Below are positions 17,064 to 30,886 of a stretch of 64,000 nt of DNA, in pieces; positions within the stretch are counted from its first letter, which is position 1, and each line of letters starts with the position of its first letter. Source of the stretch: Eledone cirrhosa (Eukaryota); the NCBI GenBank assembly GCA_964016885.1, contig OZ024755.1:28148001-28212000 (forward strand). Reading direction: 5' to 3'. The notes under the pieces were generated by a model. That model had not been told where the DNA came from, did not search any database, and saw nothing but the letters and a program-made list of their open reading frames with translations. The position numbers and the translations under genes are program-made.

Positions 17064-17361
17064 GCTGTGTATGTGCGTGTACGGCTGTGTATGTCAAGTA
17101 AAAAGATGTTACAATCCATTTTAGTGTCATATGTTCTTTAAAAGAACATTGTAAATTTGGTCATGGAGCACTTCAGACTACCAACTATTTGGATTTGAAC
17201 GCGCACATGTTATATACACACGCAGACAAATATATTTATGCATGTATGTATATTTGTGCATATATACATGAGTAAGCGTGTGTGGTTGGTCGCAATATAT
17301 ATATATATATATATATATATTTTCATCTTTGCTGATTTTACCCGCCCTAGATATATATATA

Positions 17362-17459
<98 letters not shown>

Positions 17460-17487
17460 CAGATATATATATATATACATATATATG

Positions 17488-17578
<91 letters not shown>

Positions 17579-17734
17579 TATATATATATATTTATTTCTC
17601 TCTCTATATATATTTTAATATATATATATTTATATATATATATTTATATATATTTATATATATATAATTGTATGTATGTATGTATATATATATATATATA
17701 TATATATCAATATATGTATATATATATATATCAA

Positions 17735-17784
<50 letters not shown>

Positions 17785-17836
17785 AATATATGTATATATA
17801 TATATAAATATATGTATGTATATATATAAATATATG

Positions 17837-17874
<38 letters not shown>

Positions 17875-17988
17875 CATATATATATAAATATATATATGTA
17901 TACATATATATATATATATATATAAATATATGTATGTGTGTATATATATATATATAAATATATGTATATATATATATATATAAATAAA

Positions 17989-18069
<81 letters not shown>

Positions 18070-18253
18070 CTATAGCTAGTTTAATTGATACAATCAATTA
18101 TTGTTTACAAGTATATTTTGTCTCACTTTATTTCATCTGTGTTCTTATTGGTGTTGTAAATATCTATTTTATTTCATATATATATATATATATTCACACA
18201 ACCCCCTCCACTCCCCACACACACATATAAATATATATATATGCACATATATA

Positions 18254-18309
<56 letters not shown>

Positions 18310-18322
18310 TATATATATATAT
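15073..18322. repeat. Cluster of compound (TA)n/(TG)n arrays
   Basis: Arrays at ~15073-15420, 15700-16150, 16422-16925, 17296-18067 and 18230-18322, separated by short unique spacers. Confidence 0.9.
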
Positions 18323-18950
18323 TAATTTATCCCTTAACCTTGCCTTTTACTTCACATAATCGATCTCACAGTTTACATGTTTTACTTCTTCTCTCGTACT
18401 ATCGCTATATACCCTATTATTTTTTATGATTTACACCTTTCATACACATTTTTTAAAGGTATTTCCTGTTTTAATATGGTTTTTAGTAACTAAAAAAAAT
18501 ATTAAATTCATATGTTATGCTGCATTAGATCATTTATCCCATATTTAATAATTTCAATACATATTTCTTTTTATCAAATTATTGATTCGTTGATAGACAA
18601 GTTTTCCTACTTCGCAGCATCCTTGTCTTGTTTTTGATAGTATATAGTATATTTAATATACGTTTTGCTTCTTCTCGTCTTTATATATATTTATTATTAA
18701 ACATTTGTGCTAGTTTGCTAGTTTTATCGACATGCATTATTCCCATTAAGATAACATTATCAGTATCGTCGTATTAATTAAATAATGATATCCCTTTTTA
18801 TTCACTACTTCTTAAAACGGAAGTAACTCCCATATTGCAGCTATTTACTTTCAAGCAATTATAATAAATAATGTAAATAATATTATTACAGTCATTCGTT
18901 AATAATTTGTTAATTTTTCTAAAAAATTATTCTCAATTATCGTAGTATAT

Positions 18951-19018
<68 letters not shown>

Positions 19019-19428
19019 TGTCATAGTAGGAGCAGCAGTAGTAGTAGAGGAAGAAAAAGAAGAGGAAGGGGATGAAGATGGGAGTTAAAGTAACAATTAT
19101 TTGAAGTAGTTTTATTATTGGTAGTAACAAAATGAGCATTAATAATGATAATAATCGTAGTAACAGCAATTGCAATAGAATTAGTAGTTTTGTAGGTTTG
19201 TACCATTCTATACAATTTTCAGTTTATTATTGACACAATATTCTTTTTTTTTTTTTTTTTCATTTTTTTCTTTGGAATGCTAAAATGTACCACATTCATT
19301 CAAGACCGTGTCTCGAAGATTCGTCAGTCCTGCATTCAAGAAGTTTTCGGTATATGCTTATAGCACCGTTCTCTTCTGTGTGTATCGACATTGCCACTTC
19401 CGAGAATTTCCATTGTGTATATGTAGGC

Positions 19429-19459
<31 letters not shown>

Positions 19460-19464
19460 ATATG

Positions 19465-19540
<76 letters not shown>

Positions 19541-19695
19541 TATATCATATATATGTATATATATATATATATATTATATTATATCATATATATGTATATA
19601 TATATATATATTATATTATATCATATATATGTAATATATATATATATAGCCATATATATGTACGCATATATATGTATGTATATATATATATACGT

Positions 19696-19753
<58 letters not shown>

Positions 19754-19810
19754 ACTTACATATATATTCGTATGTGTTTTAAATTTCCTGCCCGTTTCTG
19801 AGAGTCATCG

Positions 19811-19884
19811 TTAAAAGTTCCAGTTCACAATACCAAGCATTTGCAGAGCAGCTCGGAATTCTGTTTTTGATATCATTTGATTTC
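19811..19884 (-). CDS. Last coding exon of EF-hand protein
   Basis: Acceptor atttccattttgcag|. Phase 1 reading (G)NQMISKTEFRAALQMLGIVNWNF*. Joined to the 21780-21878 exon it gives the 12-residue loop DVNGNQMISKTE between two helices. Confidence 0.78.
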
Positions 19885-20157
19885 CTGCAAAATGGAAATT
19901 ACATACGTTAATGAAACCTCATGTATGAGACAAATGTCAGATTATTAACATTAGCAAACAAGAAACTTGGTAAACATTTCGGCTTTATATTTTGGGGGAA
20001 ACGTATGTAACTTACTTATACCCCTCTTCCCTATTCGTTTCTAAATAGATATTCTCATAATAAACTGTTAAATTAATTTGTATTGTAATCACACACAGGA
20101 TTCTAATATGCACTGATTTGCTGCACTTTTTTTACCCATCCTGGGTAGGTGAAATCA

Positions 20158-20268
20158 TTTGATGAAAGAAAAGTTTGAAGGGTACTTCGAAATTAAAACT
20201 TAAAATTCATGGCTAGCAAACAGATAAATAACCGATAAATAGTTAGCTGTATCATACTAGATTAAACA

Positions 20269-20338
<70 letters not shown>

Positions 20339-21340
20339 ACAAGTTTGGTAGAAACATCCAAGGGTTAGAGCACTCAGTCCATAGGACGAGTTAAGTAATT
20401 AGTTACAACAGTAACATATATACAGGTACTTAAGTTTTGTTGGGTTATACAGCCTGAGCTGAATGAGTTGGGGTGTATAACCCACCGAAACTTAAGTACC
20501 TGTACGTCTCACTGTTTTAATTAATTTGGTTTTGTAGATCTAGTAAGTTATTTGTTAACCTCGGTGGGGGAGATTATATATATGTATATATATACAACAT
20601 TCAAGATGTACTTCAACGGCTAAGAGCCGAGAATTCTCTTTAAAAAAATGATCATAAATATTGGAAGAAATCAATCAATGAATATTTTATAGCAATAACA
20701 ATTCCTGTGAATGTTAGCAGCATGTTAACTATCAACTTAATTTGAATTTTACTTGGAGCACAATTGATTATCAATATATAGATATTCATATGATTCATTC
20801 GCATGTAATATGCATAAGTATTCTATATTAGTCTATGTTTTCAATCTGCGCAACTTATAAAATATATCAATACGACTATGAAGCTATGCTAGGATTATAT
20901 TTATTTTACTTCATCTCAAAATATTTGAACAATCATCTTCTTGGTTAGAATATCCTATTGTGTTAGAATTGTTGACATGAAGAGTGAAAAGCAAGCGTAT
21001 GTACTTCTGTGGACGTCATTAACAGAACATCACTCTTTCGGCGATGATCAGATCGGTTTCGACTTATAGCCTTGCTGTGAATTAACATATACGTGGCTAC
21101 GACATTCATAGGTACCTGTACAATTACGTTATTGATCAGAAAGATTCAGTGAGACAGGGTGAATGACAAAGCTAACTCTATAACTTATTAGTAAAATACA
21201 CACGTCTTCCAAAGAGTTTCAGTTTACATAATTTCACTTTCAAAGCAGGCGCCGACTTCGATAAATGAACTACTTCACTAAATCGAGATATCACAGCTTT
21301 TGTAATTTCGAAGTACCCTTCAAAATTTTCTTTCATCAAA
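20158..21340. repeat. 38-bp inverted repeat pair 1.1 kb apart
   Basis: 20158-20195 tttgatgaaagaaaagtttgaagggtacttcgaaatta equals the reverse complement of 21303-21340 with 1 mismatch. Confidence 0.85.
20332..20575. mobile_element. Fold-back Penelope-like pLTR remnant (family B)
   Basis: 31-bp arms at 20421-20451 and 20474-20504 (2 mismatches); right arm reads GAAA-CTTAAG-TA; flanked by (TA)n; shares agagcactcagtcc..ggacgagtt with 33841-33866. Confidence 0.6.
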
Positions 21341-21779
21341 TTCGAAATCATTCAGCAAAACCAGGCCATACATTAACGACAAGCAGTAAAGTTTGCCGTG
21401 CGTGATGTGATTTATTTTATTTTCACTCCAAATAACAGTTAATAAACGTTAGTCATATAATCGCTCATGATCGTTTTATGTTTGAATCCACCTGATAGTT
21501 CAATGCAGTATTTTGTGGGAGTAAAGTATTGCATATCACATATTATGTGGTTTGCAACGAAAGACAAGTAATGAATTTGAATAGTATATTTGCGCCAGCA
21601 TTGATCTTTATGTAGTCATAGTAATAGTTGTACTTATATATATAATTATAAATAAGATGAGGGTAATATTGTGTATTAGCCGATTACGAGTAAGATAAAT
21701 AGCTCAATGTAAAATATCAGATATACTACAGAGCAGAAATACAACATAGATAACATAGATATATAGATATTTAACTAAC

Positions 21780-21878
21780 CATTGACGTCAAAAAATGAAA
21801 ACATTCGTTGCACGAACTGCTCATCACTTAATGAAGAACTGCTTTCACGCTGCCCATTTATATATTGGCTGAATTTAT
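21780..21878 (-). CDS. Internal exon of EF-hand protein (entering helix and start of loop)
   Basis: Acceptor catctgttttag|, donor AATG|gttagt. 99 nt, phase 1 to phase 1, open: (D)KFSQYINGQRESSSSLSDEQFVQRMFSFFDVN(G). Confidence 0.78.
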
Positions 21879-22130
21879 CTAAAACAGATGCTTGCAACTC
21901 CTTTGGAGCATTGTAGATTGGTTCTGAAAAGTATAAAACATGTTCATTAGCAATGTTTCAAAATGAATAACTTCAAATCCATGACACTCCCTCTAGAATT
22001 ATATATTTCGTCCCATCTCATTTTCATTCATTTTGTTTTATCTTTATATTCTTCACATTGCGAGCATCTTATTGCTGCACATCAGGGTAATATAAGATAC
22101 ACAATGGGTTGTCGAATAGGACTAATTTAC

Positions 22131-22530
22131 TGGTCGCAACCTGGTGCAGTCTGCGACTAACCCAGGTTCTGCTGCACGTCATGCTGAGTAGGCCAAACTC
22201 TCAAAATACCAGTCGCTCTCTGACAGGTTTACGGTCGTACTCTTGGCAGTGGAGACTTCTGGTGTTCTTAGCCCAAGGGTTACGTCCCTACTCACCACTC
22301 ACCACCATAGGAGCTGAGCTGGCTAGCCGCAGGTGTGAGACTCGGGAGTTAGAATGGATTTTCCAGCGCATTTCCCTTACCATCCTCCGGGGAAACGCCT
22401 TCTCCATTCTGTCCCCCGGGGCTGTGGGGAGGCCAGCACGTCGGACCCCATTTGATCACCAATACGGAGAGAAGGGGAGGCGCCCAGAGAGATGGAGGCG
22501 ATGACAGTGGGAGTTCGGCTGTTCTTTCAT
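22131..22530 (+). mobile_element. CRE-type non-LTR retrotransposon 3' fragment (RLE domain), with stop and frameshift
   Basis: RNLVQSATNPGSAARHAE*AKLSKYQSLSDRF...LAVETSG...FQRISLTILRGNAFSIL; paralogous to 42895-43396. Confidence 0.85.
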
Positions 22531-23981
22531 GTTTGCTTAGGTTACAATTGTAGAAGTAAAAGTTTAATAAAGGTTCTTTCATAAAACCATTGCCTCTAAC
22601 GAAACCAATACTGCTACCCTTCCACTTACAATGGAGGGGCGGTTATATCTTTACTGCCGTTATATCTTTTAATTATATATATATTGATTTATGGGGAAGG
22701 CTCTGGTATACGGTACCTGTTGCAAATTTAACGTGCCAAATAAAACTTTGAAAACCTACATCAATCTGTAAACTACCAGTGCGAAAAGCGAATTATGAGG
22801 TAGCCAAGATTCTTTTCACAATCTTCACTAAAAGCCAAACTATAATATGATATATTTTGTATGAAATAATCTATTTTAGATGCGTAATGTAAAGTTAAAT
22901 GTGTAAATAAAAATAACATCTTGAACAGGTTATAATCTTTGTGAATGCATGTTTGGGTATTATTTCATTAAACGAATGTCTTTTACAGGACCAGTAATTT
23001 TTCCATCTCTAAGAATATTTCGTCACTTTCTTTGGAAAATTCGTGAATTACACGCATAAATACTTAATGTACTCCGATTAAATAAATTTTGTTCTTCTTC
23101 TGTCTGTAATAAATCACTGTTAAGTAGAGACAATGCGAAGTCACTTTGTCGTGGTTCCTAAATGTTAGAGATGCATACATTGTTTATACGTTTGAAGTCT
23201 CGGAAATAAATATGTTATCCTTATTAACTTAATCTAGAATATCGTATGGATTGATATTTATATCTCATTATGCATGTATTTCACAGATTAGATTAACATA
23301 AAATGATAAAAAATAGTATAGAACAAACAATACTGATGTTAGAAAAATATCTAATACTAGAATAGAAAGAAATATTGAGATAATAGCGAAATGTAATTCA
23401 TTGGATGAAGCTTATGAAAAGACATGCAAGCATAAACAGCTGCTAATTGTTATTCTAGTCCGTCTCATGACAAAGAAATACATGTTAAGTGATATGAATC
23501 TTGATATTTAATTATTTATTGACAACTTGCTTATCATTAGAGTTAACCTCCGAGTGCCTGACTTCTGTTTCGATAGACTCTGGCTCTTTAATCATACTGT
23601 ATATATAGCGAAACAGTTTAAACACAATCCGATACTCAAATAGTACACCTCCTGTCAGTCATTGTATTAACACCATCCTAGAACTATAAATTAAGAAACA
23701 CTACAACAGTCTCATTAGTGTTGTAAACTAAGTTTTGTTTATGTTTGTGGGCAATTGATCTACTCGCTTCAAACTCTGAATCCTCATCGGATTTCAAGCA
23801 AATTGCCATTTGATTTCCCTAAAGTAAGGTCGACTCTAACTCTGTAAAAATAAAGAAAGAATTTCTGAAGAATTACATTCAAAATACGAAACAACTACGT
23901 CGGTAAAATTTGCTGAAGTAGAAAAGAAATTAAGCACGTATGGCTTTGGGAGTGAAATAACCGTATGTTTCCGAAGAAATC

Positions 23982-24032
<51 letters not shown>

Positions 24033-24929
24033 AAAAGAGAATGTCTGTGTGTTAGTGTGATGTGTGTGTCTGTCTGTCTAGTGTATGATTCTTCCGACAT
24101 TAGTATTCTGATGTTAGAGAGGAATAAAAAAATGGTTGTGACCGTGTGGAATTGATGAACGTTTGAATTCAATGATGTAGACTAGTTCTTATTTTTGGAC
24201 AAATGCATTCGATGTTCAGTGAGTGGGATAGGCCCCGTGAAAAGCTTTTCCTCGCTTAAAGACGATTCAAGTTAACAAAGAGAGGATAAAACAACGTACG
24301 GAAACGAGGGAAAACGAAAAAGGAATTTAAGAGGAAACCTTCAAAAATTATTTTTGAAATTTGTCAGTTTCAACCCCTAACAACGAGTACTGCTGGTCCA
24401 CCCGGGGTCACAGCGTCGGACATAAACCAAACGCTGTCCAGTGGAGTAAGAGATGGGAGACAAAACATTAATTCATAACAAATAAGCTACAAGTACACAT
24501 AGAATTTTATGTGACGCCAAGGAGAAAGAGTGTTGCCTCTTATAGCAAGGGAATCATAAATGTAACAAAATAAAAAAAAAAATGGAAGAAAAGAATCAAG
24601 GAGAGGAAAGTAAGATGTGTTAAAAAGGAAAGCCATTGTAATACATGGTGGGGGGAAGAGATTACACGTACGTCACATTGTATTGATAAACTTAAAAAAA
24701 TTAACGAAGAGAGGACAAGACACCGAACGGAAACAAGACAAAACGAAAAACAATTTTTTAAGGAGAAACCGTATTTATTTTTAATTTTATGTGACAAGAA
24801 AGACAGTTGTGTAACTCTGATGATGAATAGATATTTGTTTCACATCGAATTGATCATTATCCTAATGACATTAAAGTTGCGTAGGAGTCTGCTGCACTCA
24901 ATGATGTAGGTGGTATGACTGAGAGGTAT

Positions 24930-25026
24930 GATGATAACGATAACGACGACGACGACGACAACGACGACGACGACGCCGACGACGAAGAAGACGGCGGCAA
25001 TGATGTTGTTGATGACGAAGATAGTA

Positions 25027-25094
<68 letters not shown>

Positions 25095-25112
25095 GATGAT
25101 GATGGTGATGAT
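24930..25112. repeat. (GAC)n/(GAT)n trinucleotide repeat
   Basis: Direct reading. Confidence 0.95.
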
Positions 25113-25864
25113 GCCCGTGTGATCCTTAGGACGAGATGCCGGATGTAATGAGGATGTATGAGCGTGTCGCGACGTGGAAGTAGATTAAGATAATGATGTT
25201 GGCGTTGAATTTAATAAGATGATGACGGTCACGACGAGTAGGAAGAAAAGGATGATGATACTGATGGTGATAATGATAAAGGCAATCCGAAGAAGGAGGG
25301 GGGGGGGATACCGTAGTGGCGATGATCCATTTCTCCATTCATTGTATCCAAACAAACAGATACCTGTTCATAAATGTTGGGGTGGACAGTAACAATAGAC
25401 TTGTCGCCTATCCCAAACACAAAAGCCGGATATTCTTCTGTCAACCAATCGCTTATCTCTTTCTTGTCATCTCTGACAACAAAATCGATATCAGATTCTC
25501 TACAGCTTTCAGTAGCCTAATGCAATCTACTTTATGGTCATGTTATCATGTTATAACCATCATGTTATCTTATTAGATATCCATTTCTATCTATCTATAT
25601 ATCTTTCTTTATTTCTTTCTATATATTTTTGCATTGCCTCACCCTATAAGCTTTGTGGGGCTTGTTTACATTTCACATGTCTGCCATCATAATCACAACC
25701 ATGCATTCACATATACGCACTTTTGCGCACACAGACAAACATAGAATCACACAATCACACAGAGAAACACATAGCCGGTGGCAATGCCTCCGTTTATCTC
25801 TCACAAATATATTTAACTATTTCTCTATCTATGAATATATATATATTCATAGATAGAAAAATTG

Positions 25865-25951
<87 letters not shown>

Positions 25952-26111
25952 CGAAGGTACTATTAATATTAGATGTATAAATATACAAATAAATCGTTAG
26001 TAAATGTTATATATTTGCGCTTTTATACTTAAATCGATTTCATCTGAAATATTTCAATACATAGCACTTTAATTATTATATATTGGTGTGTATGCAAATA
26101 CGTGTGTACAT

Positions 26112-26246
<135 letters not shown>

Positions 26247-26728
26247 ATGTGTTCCACCTCAAAACACTTGTGTTATCTCATTCAGTTGACTAACTCACTA
26301 AATGACTTGAACGCGCACCTTTGTATTTACAATAAGTTATTTTATTGCTTATTCCTATGACTAAATTTTACGTTCAATCAGTTCCGGAATTTGTACTTTT
26401 TACCACTCCACATCCAACCTATACAACTATTATGCGTTTATATGCGTCGATGATTGCGTTTCGTGGACAAAAAAAACAGATTGTGCTCACAACTTTCACC
26501 TGGACCGAAAATTTTCATGAATGGAATACTTACAATGTGATATAATGGCAAATTGTGATTTCTATAGTTGTTTTTTTATATTTAAATCCATCGCTTTTAA
26601 ATAAAAAACCCCCCACAATAAATACAACAATTTAACAGTAAACAGAATATCATATATGTACGAAATTTTGTTTACGAAAATCGTTGAAAAGTAATTCTGT
26701 AATATGCTAGAAAAACTTCAGCATTTTC

Positions 26729-26790
<62 letters not shown>

Positions 26791-26791
<1 letters not shown>

Positions 26792-26977
26792 CGAGGGAAA
26801 AGTGGTAAGGAACCAGGTGGACCATAACGCACCAAAGTACTCAATACTTAGGGTAGTAGAGTGGGTAATAGGAGTAAGTAAGACCCCGACGGCTGAGCTC
26901 AAGCCGTTTCGACGTCTGTACAGTACAGAATTAGCCGTCGAAACGGCTTGAGCTCAGCCGTCGGGGTCTTACTTACT

Positions 26978-26982
<5 letters not shown>
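26791..26982. mobile_element. Fold-back Penelope-like pLTR remnant (family A)
   Basis: Perfect 47-bp arms at 26868-26914 and 26936-26982; (TA)n on both sides; hammerhead 3' half GAAAC-GGCT..AGCC-GTC. Confidence 0.7.
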
Positions 26983-27048
<66 letters not shown>

Positions 27049-27069
27049 ATATGTGTGTGTGGTGGGAAT

Positions 27070-27240
27070 ATCAGTCCTAAATAACGGAGCGGGTATCTCT
27101 GTTCGTAAGCTTCATAGAAGTTCATGTATTCGCTGTTGAGAACATTTCTGTTCGCAGATGATTGCGATTGTTTTGCCCACGCACGCGGCTAACAAACCCC
27201 TTCGTATTAGCATGTAACGCATTTTCATTGGACAACGGAA
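27070..27240 (+). mobile_element. Degenerate LINE reverse-transcriptase fragment (RTE-like)
   Basis: Reads TFLFADDCDCFAH, the RT catalytic motif in the form LFADDC, followed out of frame by LACNAFSL. Confidence 0.55.
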
Positions 27241-27248
27241 GAAAAAAA

Positions 27249-27429
27249 TTGGCAATATCGGTAGAGCGTCAGACACCATGCTTTGCAGCATAGTGTTATG
27301 GCCCTTTACGTTCTGATTTCAAATCCTACCGAGATTAACTTTGCCTTTCATCCTTACGGGGTCGATAAGATAAAGCACCAGTAATGCACTGGGAGTAATT
27401 GCTGGCCTTGTGCCAAAATTAGAAACAAT
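27249..27429 (+). mobile_element. SINE S1
   Basis: Near full-length match to other copies. Confidence 0.88.
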
Positions 27430-27880
27430 ATATATATGTATATATGTATAGAGAGAGATTGTCTACTAGCATTTCAAGGGCTCCGTCGAGCCGCGGATTA
27501 TAGAGTCGGGTAATATCGATACTGATCGAACCTTGAGCTGATCAGTGGCGAAACGCGCTTCACCAACCAATAAATGTAATGAAGGAGTAACCAATCGTCC
27601 TTGTTATCTTTTCACTATAATACACTCTGTCTAGCTCTACACCTCGACGCTGAAGTGAACCTAAACATCGAGTGCTCACCCGGGTGAACCTACAGTAACT
27701 CCAAGTTACACTCCCTGGATATATATATGAAGTATTTCCGTAGAAAAGGTAAAGGATGGGAGAGTGCTCTATGTATGCAACAGAGCTGTCTGATGAACGA
27801 TTTCAGACGTCTTTGCTGAGCTCGCCTGTCTTCGTGAAACCTTTGGTAAATGGAATAATTGTATTGTGTTGTTTATTACA

Positions 27881-27985
<105 letters not shown>

Positions 27986-27989
27986 TAGT

Positions 27990-28280
27990 GTACTTGGGCC
28001 GAGGGAAATAAAGTGTTTTGTTCAAGAACGCAACGAACCGCCTATCACAGGATTCTCACAATCATATGGTTGTGAGTGAGAATCCTGGAATAGGCGGTTC
28101 GTTGCGTTCTTGAACAAACACTTTATTTCATTCTGCTCAAGTACGCCCAGCTGAGTTGTGACGTCAGTGTTGCCAAGCTATATCGTCCATTGACTTTCCC
28201 TTGGAAAACATCGGTGGCATGGTGGTGGAGCGGGGAATATTAGCATGCATGGGCCTTCCACAAACACACATTGCTGAAGA
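27990..28280 (+). mobile_element. SINE (third family) with 5' fold-back inversion
   Basis: ~68-bp arms spanning 27990-28144, centred on the hairpin ctcacaatcatatggttgtgag; SINE-like body gttcttgaacaaacactttatttca ... cccagctg continues to ~28280. Confidence 0.65.
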
Positions 28281-28343
28281 CATATACATATACATATATA
28301 TACATATACATATATATACATATATATATATATATAAATACAC

Positions 28344-28377
<34 letters not shown>

Positions 28378-28463
28378 CTATATATATATATATATATACA
28401 TATAAATATATAAATATAAATATATATATATATAAATATATATAAATATAAATATATATATAA

Positions 28464-28576
<113 letters not shown>

Positions 28577-28990
28577 TAAAACATGAGAAGAAAGAAGAAT
28601 ACTTCGTGGTTGCACATGGGTTACATATGATAAAAATAGTTCTTCGTCAGTGATTTTCCAACCATCATTGGTATTTCATCGCATTAAAAATCATATACCT
28701 CTGGTTGGTGCGAGCAATAACTAAAAAAATTGATTGGGACCAGTAAATCGCGTAAAGCGAGGGGGACAAGTGAACAACATAGAAGGATAAAAGCAAACCA
28801 AAGAAAGGAAAAAAACAAGCAACATGGTTGCCCTGGTCAGCATAAGCTGGGTGGGTTTCATGAGCGAAAGGTACAGACGTCCGACGTGAGTGAGATGTAA
28901 GCAAGAAGAGACCCATTGTAAGCTAAACGGGAGGAAGTGAGAAGGGGAGAAACAGAGAGTGAGTGAGTGGAAGTGCGAGGAAGCAGCCAG

Positions 28991-29118
<128 letters not shown>

Positions 29119-29207
29119 AATATATATATATATACATAAATATATATATATATATATATACATATATATACATATACATATATACAAATATATACATATA
29201 CATATAT

Positions 29208-29276
<69 letters not shown>

Positions 29277-29330
29277 CGTTTCTGAATTTGTTTAGCAAGA
29301 TTCTTTATCTGAAATCGTGTGTTGAAACCG

Positions 29331-29443
29331 ATATTGTTATACATTGGGAGGGTCATGTTATACTTTGGGAGGGTCATTGAAGTGAAAGCAACTGGTGCGT
29401 GTGTTTCTTATTGGCAACATGACCCTCCCAAGTATAACAATAT
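29331..29443. repeat. Short inverted repeat element next to (TA)n
   Basis: atattgttatacattgggagggtcatgtt / aacatgaccctcccaagtataacaatat, plus an internal tandem copy gttatactttgggagggtca. Confidence 0.8.
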
Positions 29444-29534
<91 letters not shown>

Positions 29535-29582
29535 ATATATAAATATATATATATATATACATATATATACATATACATATAT

Positions 29583-29646
<64 letters not shown>

Positions 29647-29660
29647 TATATACAATATAT

Positions 29661-29694
<34 letters not shown>

Positions 29695-29724
29695 AAATAT
29701 ATATATAAATACATATACATATAT

Positions 29725-29770
<46 letters not shown>

Positions 29771-29781
29771 CAATATATAAT

Positions 29782-29812
<31 letters not shown>

Positions 29813-30167
29813 CATATATAAAATATATATATATATACATATACATATATATACAATATATATACATATATATACATATAAATATATATATATACATATA
29901 TATACATATAAATATATATATATACATATATACATATATACAATATATACATATATATTTGACCCTACTTATTAGCATATAATCTTACATTTAATCACCT
30001 GTGTGTACAAAATATGAATCAGTTGCTATAAATAGAAGCATATTCAGCCTCATAATCCCTTATCTACTCAATCACATCATCGTTTTTTTTTGCTCTCTCA
30101 GTAATATCTGTTTGTTTTCTTACTCTTCTAAATAGGCGTCTTTCTTCATTTTATTGTTTAGCTTTCT

Positions 30168-30176
30168 GTCGTCGCT

Positions 30177-30207
<31 letters not shown>

Positions 30208-30233
30208 CCATCACCATCATCACCATCATCATC

Positions 30234-30270
<37 letters not shown>

Positions 30271-30401
30271 TCATCATCATCATCATCATCATTATCATCA
30301 CCACCACCACCATCACCATCATCACCATCATTATCATCATCACCACCACCACCATCATCATCATCACCACCATCTTCATCACCATCATTATCATCATCAC
30401 C

Positions 30402-30450
<49 letters not shown>

Positions 30451-30465
30451 TCATCATCGTCGTCG

Positions 30466-30506
<41 letters not shown>

Positions 30507-30582
30507 GTCGTCGTCGTCATCATCATCACAACAAAAACAACAACAGCAGCCCCCAGCACTACAATCACCAACAACACCACCA
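30168..30582. repeat. (TCA)n/(CCA)n/(TCG)n trinucleotide repeat
   Basis: Direct reading. Confidence 0.95.
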
Positions 30583-30585
30583 TCG

Positions 30586-30767
30586 TTGGCAGTATCGGTA
30601 GAGGGTCGGACGCCATGCTTTGACGCATGGAGTTACGCCACTTGCCATTCTGAGTTCAAATCCCGCAGAGGTTAACTTTGCCTTTCATCCTTACGGGGGT
30701 CGATAAAATAAAGTACCAGTAATGCACTAGGTTATTGCTGGCCTTGTGCCAAAAGTAGAAACAATTA
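30586..30767 (+). mobile_element. SINE S1
   Basis: Near full-length match. Confidence 0.88.
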
Positions 30768-30886
30768 ATCTCTTGTTAATCTATAAAGCAAATAGCAAGA
30801 TTACAGCTATATCTACCCCTGAGGGAGTCGTAGGGGCACCATATTGTCATACGGCGTGTTTCTAAAGCATTATTTTAAACCCGAGA

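Noticed and set aside
30154-30675. Ser/Pro-rich, Asn-rich (37266-37868), Asp-rich (24915-25148) and His/Asn-rich (8219-8599) ORFs
   Set aside because: Trinucleotide microsatellites, some running into SINEs; no splice or domain support.
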